Assembly (NCBI GenBank): GCA_043381765.1
Contig: JBHJMP010000301.1
Coordinates: 1 to 55,882, forward strand
Origin: Collodictyon triciliatum
Lineage: Eukaryota
DNA length: 55,882 nt
Reading direction: 5' to 3'
Shown here piece after piece: positions 13,201 through 34,134 of the stretch. The position numbers and the translations under genes were made by a program. The notes under the pieces are model-generated. The model was not told the origin of the DNA and made no database searches. It worked only from the letters and a program-made list of their open reading frames with translations. Every line of letters begins with the position of its first letter. Position 1 is the stretch's first letter.

Positions 13201-13534
13201 CTATTCCTAACATCAGATTCAACGTCGCCAAAACAATTCAAGCACTCCTGCCTTCTATGGAGCCGTCTGTGGGTGGGTTGTTTATTCCGTTCAGCAGCAA
13301 TATTGAATCAATCATATTATGTGATGCAAACCTAATGCAAGGATATTTCTTCCTGCGCCGAGCTTAATTCATCACATTTTCTGTGCGCAACCGACTCTCT
13401 CGTGGTTTCTGCACAATTTAATTCTTACACATTTCATTTTAGTACTACAAGTGAAACCCATCGTTGGGCGCATGGTGGATGACCCCGACCGCGATGTGAA
13501 ATATTACGGGACACAGGCATACCAGAAATGCTAG
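10245..13534 (+). CDS. PPP2R1A: Serine/threonine protein phosphatase 2A scaffold (A/PR65) subunit, HEAT repeats, about 13 exons
   Basis: ATG T|intron 10249-10362|CC gives [26 protein letters not shown]; also [103 protein letters not shown] ends at 13534. Confidence 0.97.
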
Positions 13535-14829
13535 TGCACCTTGTGACATACACAACGCTTTGGTCTTTGTTGATGGGGAAAAAATCCATCGCCCCTCACT
13601 CAATCATACTGCGACGATTCCATGCACTGCCGATACTTGCCTTTCTTTTTAATGTTATCAAAACCGTGTGTAACGCCCCCATAGCGGAGAATAAAGGATA
13701 AAAAAAAAAAATAAACAAAACATTAATGACGAACGACAGAAATACACGCACCGTGGGTGTCCTGAAAGAATCCGACAATGAAGTCTCCGGGTTCCTTTGC
13801 TTTCGTCCGTGACAGCTAGATGTGCCCGTGGGTTCAGTATAGTCTGATTGCGCCGCGCTGGCCACTCGGAAGGTTGGGCGTGCGGGTTAGAAAGTAAGGC
13901 CATTGACAATCAAATAAAGGAAAAAATAAAATAAGATGTTAGGCCATTGACGAGCATCACAAAGATGCCCATGCGCTTCGCATGAGGTTATTTCATCGGT
14001 TGAATCCCTGAGGGCTATGACCACGACACGAAACACGTTTTGGTCGCCCCCGAGAACGGGCTAATCTGGCGCTCTGTCGGCAGTGATTCAGAAAGACAAA
14101 AATGTATTCAACTGGCTTTTGGAGAGCGCGGATTTAAATAACTGATTGAATGAGAGGCTTCAAGTTTGCTTCGGTTGAAGTAGGTTTTTTCTAATCGACT
14201 TGGTTCTTGAAAGGATTGGTCAGAGAGCGCTGACCCCTATCACCCCCACTTTTCCAAGACATGACCATAATAAACTCACGGCCAATCATGCATAAAACAT
14301 TCTAGCTGCATCACTACCTGTCCATTGTATTTCAATTCATTCAGAGGTATCTTAATAAAAATCGACCACTAATACACATAAAAAACACAAACACCACTCC
14401 ACACCTCACACTCTTTTCTCATGTCTTCTACTCCGAGTAGCTGATTGTCCATTTCTGTGTAATTTGAGCTTAAGCCTCGCGTGTGTTTATCTTTTGGATT
14501 TTAACTTTCATTTTTAAAATATTGCTCGAACTCAAGAGTCTACACTTTCATTCCAAATGCTGGTGGCGGCTACTGGTAGCGTGATTTATGAACAAGCTAC
14601 GTCCTGTCCTTGAGGACTCTACAAGCTTATCTTGACCCTCTGTCGCAGCAGCTCCACAATATCTTTGACTCATATCTCAAAGCCTTTAGAAAAGACTGAA
14701 CCTTTGATATTCGAATCTCACACATTCTATTTGATTGTGAGGACTCTCCTCATAATTCAGATTTGGGTTAGGGTTGGACTTGAGTGGGCTAAGAAAATCT
14801 TGATATAAGCCCTCATGTCCAATATTGAA

Positions 14830-16616
14830 TCTAGCGCTTGCCATTGCTTTTCTGTACATTTTGTTGGGGTGATGCATTTGAATATGGATTTCGTACAGTT
14901 GTTTCAAATGATAACTGTGCTATTGATTCCGGGTATGTGAAAGGAAGCGACAAAGTCCACTCCGACATGCTTAGCAGCATGGTGTTTCAGCGAGGTGGAT
15001 TGTTTATTTGTGCACCATTCCAAAAAAAAAAAAAGCATCGCCGCAATGAGTGTCCCATCAGCTCACCACACACAGCTCTGCGTGCCGTATATCCCTCGCC
15101 TTGGTATCTTTGTAATGGTCGTCGGAACCCTCACTCACATCTGGACCTTGCAGCCTTGCATAGAATACTGGCCATTGACATATCTGCATTGCCCAATAGA
15201 AAACATCCAATCAAACCCTTGTGTAAAAATCCGAGACATTACAGGACCAATACAAACCATTCAAACCATTCAAACAAAAGATAAGAAGTGGAAGTTATGC
15301 GACCATCGAGATTACAGCAACCGTCTCACCATGTTGTTTGTACCATCCAGTGCTTCAAGCATGCAGAGTTTATTGATGGTATCCGGAATTCTAGTCAGCT
15401 GGCACATACCATAAAATTTGTCAAAGTGGTGAGTCAGTGCGAATGGAAAGTGAAAAAAACAAAAAAACATCGAGTGTGCATCGTTTTGATACAACCTTGA
15501 TTTTTCTCTACTCTCGCTTATTGTCTTTACACTTATTTTCTTCATCCCATTGTATGTGGTACCTTATTGTTTGAAATGTCTAAGCATCGAAGCGAAGAAA
15601 TAGCACAGACCGACTCGGGAAAGTCGACCAGCTATTGGATGCGCATGGTTATCATTCTCTTCTGTTGACCATGTGTACTCTATTTTACAAGAACGAAGCT
15701 CACATTATTTGCTGCTAGGCACAAGTATGTCATCCTCGTCATGAGTGTCATGGTATCTGGTAGTCTGACCATCTTCATTCCGTACAAACTCAAGCATTCG
15801 TATCGCATTTGTGAGGTGGTAGGCACCCATCCCGTCTGCACAGCAAGGTCAATCTGGACGCATGGTTTCAATACATCGCTCATGGAGGTCTTCAGATTAA
15901 ATGGATTACCGTCTCATACAACTGAAGGTCGCTTATATTCCGCAACGTTTTGTTCCAGCACGGAAGTTTCTTGAGTCCACGCGGCGCCCTTCTGAAGCCT
16001 GGTTTGATACACCCTGCACCCCAGAGGTCTTTCAACTTTATGAGTGCTGTAATCTGGGGCGGGAGCTCCTCTATCTACACATGACCATACCAACTTTTCA
16101 ATAAAATGAATCAACAAGTAAAATGAATCAATAAGTAAAATGATTCCATCAATAAAATGATTCCATAAAAGACTATAGCCCTGAATCAAACATGGGTAAT
16201 ATTAAAAGATTGGTGGTAGCAGAATATACAGGATTCCCCATGACATATAGACGGGTGAGGCTGGTCAGGCATGATATTTCCGGTGGCAGTGCCGATATCA
16301 TATTGAAGTCAACTTCAAATTGCTTGAGGCGGGTCAAACACGATATTTGCGGTGGTAGCGATGCCACCTCGCCTCGGCTTGCGTCGAGATAGGTGAGACC
16401 TGTTAAGCATGATATTTCTGGCGGTAGAGACAAGAGCGTACCGGAGCTGTCGCCAATGTCCAAATGCTCCAAACGAGTTAGCAAAAATATCCCACGCGGC
16501 ATGGGCATTAGGTTTCTTCCGTACAGGTTCAGCTCCGTACGAGCTTGGAGGGCAGTGGTGTCAGAATCTCCCGTGGTTTCGCATAGCGCCTCAAGAAGAG
16601 CGACGTGGTTGGACAT
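14830..16616 (-). CDS. Leucine-rich-repeat protein, spliced; 3' end uncertain
   Basis: ATG 16616 (MSNHVALLE); repeated LxxLPPEISCLTxLTxLD units; downstream in-phase exons IEELPPQITALIKLKDL, LPDTMTLMTRMTYLCLAANN, LVDFPESVCAISSLRCLDISNNK and LTRIPDTINKLCMLEALDGTNN. Confidence 0.85.
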
Positions 16617-17351
16617 GGTGAGGAGCTTCAGAGTGTTTGTGAGTTTGGTGTGTATTGGTGAGATACGGGGCACTGGGTTGTCTTGGAAAAGCGCTTCGCA
16701 TATGAAGCCAGAGCACTGTTTGGTAGGCACAGAGTTGTGCAGGTTGGAATAGCAAATGACGAGGAATGATCGAACACACGCACTGACGTGTCTTTGGTTG
16801 TAGAATGAATATGTCGTTCAGTGGCGGGTATTTGACAGGAATGGTTGCAAGTGCGGAAGGCTTTGGGTGGAGGATTGACAGGTGCAAGTGTATCGCAAGG
16901 GAAAGGTGTATTGTGGGTGTAGACATTTAGTCTTTTTTGCAGCAACAACCTTTTTTTTTTCCATAATCGCAGCCAAACGCTGAATAATAAGGGAACGGGT
17001 ATTGTTAAACCGCGAATAATTTAATGGGACACGTGCAAATCATCGGAATTATACCAAATATCCCACCAAAAATACATTTAAACAATTAACAGATAATGCT
17101 TTCTTAATTAAAGTCTACGATATTCATCTGCTTAGGAATTTCCAAAGCCATATGGATATTTTTTTTTTAAAAATAAGGCTGTGTGTAGTGCGTGTTGGCG
17201 CATTATTAATTTGTGAAGTAAGATGCAAGAATCTGAAACTAGATAAGATACGGGGGCATGGCGATAAGACTAGGTAAACGAATTGATGAGGTAGGTAGAG
17301 TCAGCGGTAGTAATAAACAACAGAGAACTTTGACGGAACTTGTAAATAATA

Positions 17352-21996
<4,645 letters not shown>

Positions 21997-22249
21997 GCTC
22001 CATCACGCCCTCGATCGGTTGGCTCCTTTCATTCTTTTCTTTTTTTCTTTTCTCTCTTTTTTTTCTTTTTTTCATTTTCCCTTTTCTTTTTTCTCTCTCT
22101 GTCTGTCTTCCTTTTTGTTTTCTTTTCTCTCCGCCTTCCCTTTTTTCTTTTTCCGTTTCTCTCTTCATCTTTCGTTATTTTTCTCTTCTATTCAACAGTC
22201 CCGCACTTGCTGCTCTTTGCTGCGGCGCTGGTGCTGTTGTGTCCTCGCG

Positions 22250-25886
<3,637 letters not shown>

Positions 25887-27008
25887 ATACTCGGCATATC
25901 AACCCAGCGGAAAACAAAGATTACTCACCGACCAGAGCTTTCGAGGATTTTCATAGGAATGCAAACCTATGACATTATGATTAAAAACTTCTTACGTTCT
26001 TCCTATGAACTTAAACATATTCCTCTTGAAAGACGTTCTTTCATTTGATTAAAGTCTGCAACGTTACATCAAAATAAACACAAAAACTCTAAAAGTAAAT
26101 CAAAGTGAAGTAAGGGAATTGAAAAGTTCATAAGGAAGGCACTGCAATAAAATATTATAACGTGAATCTAATTAAATTTGAAAGGTTTATCCTTTGGCTA
26201 TCGTGCATCTAAAAGGTAGTTTCCACGTTTCTAATTGACTTCCAGGGCTCTTCTACTTTGTCTAAAAAGTTCAATTCAATATATCTGTCGTCTTTTTGAA
26301 TCAAGAATTACTGAAAGGAAAATCATGGTCTATGAAATTTAACAGAAGCATTTTCGTACATCATTCAACAGAGCTTCATACGCTTTAAAAAAACCTTCAA
26401 AGCAGACAAAAAGAAAAAGTGTGTACAAAGCGCAGGTTCACCTGGCAGAGGAAATGTGCAGAGGTTGGTTTTTATTTTTTTTTTTCCATTAGAGTTACTT
26501 ATTGATTATCTACTCGTAGTTTAACTCTGATAAACTTGCTTTTACAAAATATTAATTATATAATATATTGAACAATAATAATTACACGTGAAACACACGT
26601 TATTTAATGTTACAAATATTCCGTAGATGCAAGTTAAGTATATGAAAAGTTTTCGATTTTTGTGGGAATCTTAATTTGTGCCGATAATTTAATAGCTAAC
26701 GCATCACAATAGCCAAAAATTTATTATAAAATCTAGAAGGTCTATATGGTTCAACATTTTTAAAAAGCTTACTCTTACGGATGCTATATTGCATAGGTAT
26801 CTTATTTGGAAAGAAATCCGTCAATACAAACGAAATATTGTTTTTTTCTTCTTTAATCTTTATTGGTGCCTTTTCTTTCAAAACTATCCTCAAAATGGGT
26901 CATGAAAATGACTCAAAATTTACTTCCAGGATAAACTTTGTAAGAGTTAGTGAGACCAGAGTGGAGGTGGCATTGAGCAGATGAGTGTGACAAACCAACA
27001 GAACCCAT

Positions 27009-27958
27009 TTAGTCCATGAATGTTGTTTGTGTGAGATAAGCAGGAGAGTCGTCTGTGGTGGTGACCTCTAATCCGGTACTACCTTCTTGCTCCATTATAT
27101 TTTCAGCCTGTACATTTATTGTTGAACGCAGCATGATGCTGGTATCCTCAACTGCTGTATAATTCATTGCCATTTGTTCTGGGGGATTAAACGGGAGTCT
27201 TGAAGATGAGGCCTGCATCGGGGGTGAAAAAACTGAAGGAGGAGTGTAATCCTATGGAGGTAAATGATATATCATACGATCAGATGATGATAAAAGTGAA
27301 TTCAACAAAAAGAATTCGTTAGTTTTTCTTCTCCAATCTGACATATAAAATAGAAATATTTGCAAAGAGCGTGTTTAACTATGCTGTTGTAAAGGGAATA
27401 AAGAGAATATTGTCACTGCGTACAGAAGAGGTGAAATCCATTCGTAAAAGGAGAGAACCAGCATGAGCACCCTTTGCATCGATCATTCCAACCCATAATT
27501 CTTTGTAATCACATAGCATAGTAATAGGACAGACGAACGAACCCATTAGGTCGTCGATAAACATGTCACTGTCCATCACTGATATTGTAATGTTCTTGTG
27601 AGCGGACTGCGGTGGGATATATCTGATTGTTATTGAAGTAAACGTTGAGCTGAGCTGATGGAGGAAAATATTATCTTAAACATGATGGCTTAGTCAATCT
27701 TCTGTGTTGGTGACTACTATATTGTTTTTTTTTCTGTGAAATGGAGAAAAATTGGCATGGAGAAATAGTTCCTTACATATTTGCAGTGAAATCGAAATTG
27801 GGGTTTCTCCCTCCACTCGGAATAACCTTTGACTTGTAAACACTTTCAAATTTGACTACTGCATAAGGATCCTCCTTGACTAAGGCGTCGGATGTACGAA
27901 TTCAGGAAATACAGAGAAACAGAAAATCAGTTCTGATGGACAAGGTGCATTTTTTACA

Positions 27959-28049
<91 letters not shown>

Positions 28050-28321
28050 GCATGCTGCTCATATGAAAATAAAGAAAGCAAGCACGAAGTAAAGGCTGGA
28101 AACCGCGAATGAAGATATCAACAAACCAAAAAACTCTGTTCTGGGCAAGTCCTTGGCTCGCACGACTATTAGTTGTGTATCAAATTTAGCCTTGGGGCTT
28201 GATTCACCAAATAAGATAAGAAAATGAACTCTACGGTGGCCGAGGACAGAAGAAAAAAGCAAGGCAAAGCAAGGCAAGCTTTGATCCGCGTACCAGTCAC
28301 TTTGAGCTGACCATGTTCCAT
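27009..28321 (-). CDS. C2-domain protein, about 5 exons
   Basis: MEHGQLKVT|VVRAKDLPRTEFF|DPYAVVKFE...KSKVIPSGGRNPNF|ITISVMDSDMFIDDLMG...GSLLLRMDF (C2 strands with the DxD...DD Ca-loop motif); TAA ends at 27009. Confidence 0.85.
27959..28049. repeat. (TTA)n microsatellite, intronic
   Basis: Perfect trinucleotide array. Confidence 0.95.
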
Positions 28322-28364
28322 TTCCGAGGCACTTTTCGCTTTGCTTTTACCTGTGTGTTATTTT

Positions 28365-28399
28365 GTCCGGGTTAGTCCGGGTTAGTCTGGGTTAGCCCG
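28365..28399. promoter_or_regulatory. Three 10-bp-phased copies of GTCYGGGTTA upstream of the C2 gene; putative regulatory repeat
   Basis: gtccgggtta gtccgggtta gtctgggtta gcccg, 45-80 nt upstream of ATG 28321. Confidence 0.3.
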
Positions 28400-28876
28400 T
28401 GCTCAGTCGTGGCGAGATCCTCTGTCTGGCATCGGCGCAGCGCCGCCCAGAGCAGGTCTCAGAACTGGGACAACTTTCAGATACGGATCGGACTGGGCCA
28501 ACCCGAGCTATTTGGTCGGCTGGGAGCTTTTCTTATACGAGTCCCTGGCAGGATTCATTGAATAGCCCCATATGCAGCACTCCACAATAGTATTAGATCT
28601 GAGATGGCATTTACCTTTATGTGGCATTTGCTAGTGCTGTCGCTTCCAGTGCCCTCATCGCGTTTGTGGTTGATATTGTTTACACTCTTATGATATTACA
28701 CTGGAAGACAAACAAAGAATAAACGCTATTATCTGTTAACTGATTTATATATGTCGTGTTATTTTAACTTGAATAGGCGTCAGTGTACATGATTGGTTTT
28801 GTTATTTTGTATTCTGTCAGGAAGAAGGCAAGAAATGAGTCAAGGTTGAAAGAGGATTGAATGTATGCACATTTAT

Positions 28877-30083
28877 CTAGTTTTCTCCGGAAGCGCTCGA
28901 AGTACTGGGCTCTGGCGTGTTGCATGAGTTCTTCTTTTTCAGTGCAGACACTTGCTTCTCTAGTTCCCTCTTTCGTGCTGTCATAAAAGTAATGTGTGGT
29001 GAGCAATTTCTGAGACCCTTTCATTTCTATCAAGCTGCTAGGTATTTTTTCTCTTATAGAATGATGGAAGAGTATATGGCTTGCAATTTATGCTACTCGT
29101 TGGCATCTCTTGTGATGTGTATAAAGTTTGGGCATTTATGATTCAGCTCGTCGGATGTGTATATCTGCATACCTTCCACAGCTTTCTTATCATGTATAAC
29201 CGGAAGAAACTTTGATACAATAGCGTTTTCTGGGTCTGTAGCTAGCACTAGAATTTATTTGGGATGATTAATGTGCAAATAAAAATGACTTTTTTACACT
29301 AAACCCCACTCCATATTATGTTATGGGTAGCGAATAGACAATATATGAGAAGAGTGAATAATAATCGGTATAACATTTTCATAATGATACTGAATAGGTG
29401 ACATATTTCGAAAGCTGCATATAAGGGTATTGTTTGTATCACTCCGGTCCCGAAAGACCCGAACGATTCTCATTTGGTTGGCCTGGATACCTATGTTTGC
29501 GATGTCCATGGCGTCGTCCCATCGCTCTGCAACCACGGCCGCATAAAACTATTGTCAGAGAGTCCTTTACAACCCGGAAGTGAAGGAGAAAAGGGGGTGA
29601 AACAAAAGAGCAGCATTTATCCGTTCGCTGGGTGTGCCGGCCGAAAGGCAGTCGAAACACGGCCCGAGCCAACAACCTGCACAGCGAACCCACCTTCTTC
29701 AAGAGCGACGCGGTGGCGGGCCTTTCGTCTTTGCCCGCGTCTGCAACCCCGGCGGGGTGGGGGCCGGAAAGAGGCCGATGGGCTGTGGTTGTGGCTGCTT
29801 CATGCGGCTGTGGCTGTGGCTGTGGCTGTGGCTGTGGCTGTGGCTGCCGAGGAGAGGGCGAGCGGGATGACAGCGGCCGTTGCGCTGCGGCTCGCCGAGA
29901 CCCAAGCGGGGGCTGTGCGGGGCTGCTGTGTGTGCCGGGCGGCGCTGAGTTTGGGGCCAGCGGTGGCAGGCGATCCCACGAGCCTCTGCGCGGCCCTGCG
30001 GCGTGTGCATCCAACGCGGTCGGGGCAGCAGGCAGCGGCCGGTTTGTGTGCCCCGTGGTCGGGGAGACAGGCAGGTGTGCCAT
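28877..30083 (-). CDS. ERICH2-like (glutamate-rich protein 2 core helix pair) protein, 4 exons
   Basis: Spliced core PATASLLKK|FYAAVVAERWDDAMDIANI|VLATDPENAIVSKFLPVIHDKK resembles, from memory, the ERICH2 conserved region (F..A........A......IL..EPEN.....F...I). Pro/Gln-rich exon 1; TAG ends at 28877. Confidence 0.6.
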
Positions 30084-30207
30084 GTCTAGGCCGCCTGCGT
30101 GGTCGCTGGTTGCGTTCCTTTTTTTTAAGTGTTTTCTTGTGTTGTGTTTGTTTTTTGTTCACGTTTTTTTTTTTTGTGTGTGTTGTATGTGTTTTTTTTA
30201 TGCATTC

Positions 30208-33200
30208 CTAAGACGGGTTCACGGCATCGGGATGGCAAAACAGAAAGTGGTGGTGGAGTCTGTAATCAGAACAGTAAGGGTCGGAGCATAAGCGCGGATG
30301 GGTATGCTGCGACTGGTGGTCCATGTTACTCAGCTCCCTGCAAAGCCCACCAGAGGGACATGTCGGCAGATTACCCACAATCCGCGAATGACCATTCGCG
30401 AAGGCGGCGCGCCCTAATTTCTCAGAAAACACGCGGAGGTTGGAACAAGGGTCGTCTGGGTCATCCTCCTGGATGGCTATCACCACCTGTCGAGAAGAAA
30501 AGAGTAGAACAGAATAGAAAAGAAAGATGATCAAGAAAGTTATAAGCGTCTGCATATAATTTGTATGGCTCCCGACCAACTACCACTACCAGCAACTTGA
30601 TGTATCAAGAGAGCCGAGCTAACACAGCTCGGTGAGGATGAAAAATAATCTGAAGGATAAGTTACAAAACTGGTCCTGTTAACACAAAAGATTCAAGACA
30701 TGTTTGTTTATTATTATCTTTTTCTTTTTCAATGAATCGAATAAAGGGAAAAAAATCTTTTTCTTTTTCAAAATTACAGCTGGTACTCACCTTTTTAAAA
30801 AAAACTGCAAATTGATAGAGCAGTGAGCGGTAGACTTCAGCTATAATATGATTTGGGTTTTCATATTGTTTGTCACATCCTAGAGGAACTAACACTAGAG
30901 CAGTTACTTCGTTCTGGACAGCCGTGCGAATAGCCCATTCTATCTTCTCCCTCACAATATAGAGGTCAACGAGGTTCATGTCCCCGTCTCTATCAAGCCG
31001 TGGGTTTGGTACTGGTGAAACACTCATGACATCACAGGTAAATGGCTTATTCAAGTAAGCATAGCCATAAAGATATCCTTTTCGAAAGACAACAACATCC
31101 TCGGTAGATATTCCGCCCCCTCTGCCACGGAAAGACCTTGCCAATGGATATCCCACAGCGCGGGTTGTCTGCACAGCAACATTCCAATTTGAATCCAAAC
31201 TCTGGCAAATGTTTGACTGGCGAAACAGAGACTCCTCTTGACTTCCAACCCTTGCTTTGTAATCTCCACCAGGTTTTTCGGGATTAGCAACTGACAATAA
31301 TGCAACTTTGAATCCTTCATCTGACAAGCTCTCTGCCACCGTTAGGGCATCAACACCAACAACACGGACGATACATTCACCAACAGGAGTTCTCTTGTTA
31401 ATTTGTATCGGAAGAAATGAAAATACAGACTGTTTTGGGCGAGGCAGAGTAAGAGCTTCCCCTTTTGGGGTCATGTAACTTCCCTTTCGAAGACATTCGA
31501 TTGTCGTACCCATCACCATTAAATGCATAGAAGCAACGTGCTTCTGAACATCAATCGAATCTCTTTTATTTCGACTTATTACCCCTGACTTTATTTCCGC
31601 TATGTCCTTCAACCACGTATCTGGATCCCATTTTTTATGAAAAACGGGATGGTTTGAAGGAATATTCCAAACATTGTGGATTTTTGCAAGACTCTGGCTA
31701 ATAAACATGGAATCAGAGGGCAATCCATGACACTCAGAGTTTATCTTGTTTCCACCAACAAGGTTGTCTGTGCATTTATCACATATTTCAGGTATGACGC
31801 CAGATATTTGATTAGATTCTGACATAAACCTTGGTAACGCTCCATTTCCAAAGTGATATGTATCATTTGCCATAGCATTCTGCTCATGTATTCGATGAGC
31901 AGTCTTTTTATCGTACCCATGTAGATCTCTTTTACTGACATAAATTGTTTCATTTTCCAGAGCTACTTCACCCTTCTTAGCCAAGGAGTCAAGGATCTCC
32001 AATGTCGATATATACAGGTACAGCAATCGAGAATCTACTTCGTATACAGATATCAATTTTCCATTCAAAGCAGAGTTCAAAGTATCATATAGTAGATGGG
32101 AATCAATAGTAAACTCTGGACCATACGCATATAAACAGAAAGGAATCAGCTGAACTGTTATGGATTCTATTATTAATTGTCCACTTTCAACCCTGAAGTA
32201 ATCTGTGATGCTTCGGAATGATATATGAAGAAATTTACAGTTGTCCAAAATGCTGATTGTTGCTTCATACTCTGCTAGTAACAATCTCAATTTTTTCGCA
32301 CATGAGAGAGAAGCGGGGAAGTCCCGAACAAAGCACTCGATTGGAGAAGTTCTCAAAACGCTAAAAACATATTCATCAAGCGACATGGTACGAAGGTTTA
32401 CATACTCTATACAAGACTGGGCTGAGCTAAAAATTAACAACCCCAAGTTAAGGGTATTTGATATTATGATATCTACAATATTAGAGTCTCTTTTTTTTAG
32501 TTTTTCTACCAGTGCACCAAACATAACGGCAAAGTGTTCATTTCTTAAATGAGGAAGTAGTATGGCTGCATATGTGTGATTCATGTCGTGTTCTACAGTA
32601 GTATGCTGGAATTGTGGGGGAAAAGGTAATCTTGATGAAGGTTTTGAAACCAAACTGGAGAGCATGCTAGTTTTAGCATTAGATATTGCACCATCCGATG
32701 CACGATTCTCTATGGCTGTTGATGATTTACTTGCTGACTTTCTCGTTAATTTTGTCTTCCTTTTTCCCTGAAGCCTCGAGTACGCCTCATCTTCAGATCT
32801 GGTGTTTGTTTTTGGGATGACAGTATTATGTATTTCCCCAATTTGGAGCTGTGTATTGGATGATTTCCTTTTCCACTTGAAAGATAACTGTAATGAAGAG
32901 TTTATGAAAAGAAAAAATTTATTCCTTTGTTTAGATGGGCGAAAGTGGTCGAAGAATTGAAGTATGGTTCATAATCTATATGGCCTAAAAACAAATATGT
33001 GAGTGTATTTGGTTCAAGATTTAAGTTATTTTTTTTTAGGAAGTGTGCCTTTGTAATACAACATTAGAATATTATTTGCAATGAAGTGAGACACTAACCT
33101 TGTAATCCGTCATGTTTTCTTCAAAGCTGCTCCACATCTCATCAAAATCAGAATCCTTAAATATGACAACATATTCATCAGAAATCAAATGAAGAAAATT

Positions 33201-33593
33201 CCAGTTGGGGGCCAGCTTAAACGATATCAGTTCATCACAAAGTTCTTTTGCTCGACCTCTTGCACTTCGAATTACTACTAGAGTGTCTGGCTCACAGCTT
33301 AATTGGATCTGAATGGATATTAAATATTGTAAATAAATGAACCGTAAGGGACTAATGGGTAATTTTACACCCACAAAAAAGTGAATGGAAAATGAAAGCA
33401 ATGATAAGCGGGGTAACTAAACTTTGTTGTTGTTTTTGTTGTTTTTGTTGTTTTTGTTGTTTTTGTTGTTTTTGTTGTTTTTGTTGTTTTTGTTGTTTTT
33501 GTTGTTTTTGTTGTTTTTGTTTTTGTTTTTGTTTTTGTTTTTGTTTTTGTTTTTGTTTTTGTTTTTGTTTTTGTTTTTGTTTTTGTTTTTGTT

Positions 33594-33677
<84 letters not shown>

Positions 33678-34134
33678 AATAAAAGAAAGCTGGGTTTAAT
33701 GTCATCCTCGTGATTTGATAGGTGCCACAAAATGAAGATAAAAACGATGCAGATAAAGCATACTTTGGGTGTGATATGAGCGTGAATGATGCAAGAAAGA
33801 GAAGGCGTTTTGAGGATAAAGAGTGAACAATATAGGAAAAGAAATGTCTAAATGGCCTGTTTAAGCGTGGCTGAGAGACATAACGAGTGGTGTATCTGAG
33901 GGTGGCAGGTAAAACCTTTGCATTTTCGATTTGGATGGGGCTGTCGAGGACAAAGAGCTCATAAAACTTGGATAGGCTTGTCGTGGTAACAAGAGCCGCA
34001 TTTGACCCAGTGTCCATGTGAATGTTTCTGACGTCCAAGACAACACGGTACGCCCGAGACAAGCCAGATTGCAGTTTCTCGCGCGTCAGACGCACCCCTG
34101 CGTTGCAAGTGAGACGCACTCGGAACGTAGACAT
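30208..34134 (-). CDS. Microbial-type poly(ADP-ribose) glycohydrolase (DUF2263/TIGR02452 macrodomain) with long N-terminal region of degenerate RRM-like units and two C-terminal PBZ-like zinc fingers; about 4 exons
   Basis: ATG 34134 (MSTFRVRL). Large exon about 32888-30791 contains VRVVGVDALTVAESL...KVALLSVANPEKPGGDYKARVGSQEESLFRQS, EDVVVFRK, CDVMSVSPVPNP and ALVLVPLGC...NP. Final exon VVIAI...CPSGGLC-x7-H-x5-H, CSDPYC-x6-H-x5-H; TAG ends at 30208. Confidence 0.85.
33423..33663. repeat. Compound (TTGTTTTTG)n-(TTTTTG)n-polyT tract in PARG intron 1
   Basis: Graded 9-mer, 6-mer and mononucleotide arrays. Confidence 0.95.

Noticed and set aside
15590-15640. RNase P/MRP-like GGAAAGTC motif
   Set aside because: Explained as an LRR exon on the minus strand (LVDFPESVCAISSLRCLD).
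33352-33920. Poly-K/QK, poly-F, poly-I and poly-N ORFs here and at other microsatellites
   Set aside because: They are translations of intronic simple repeats; flanking exons splice around them in phase.
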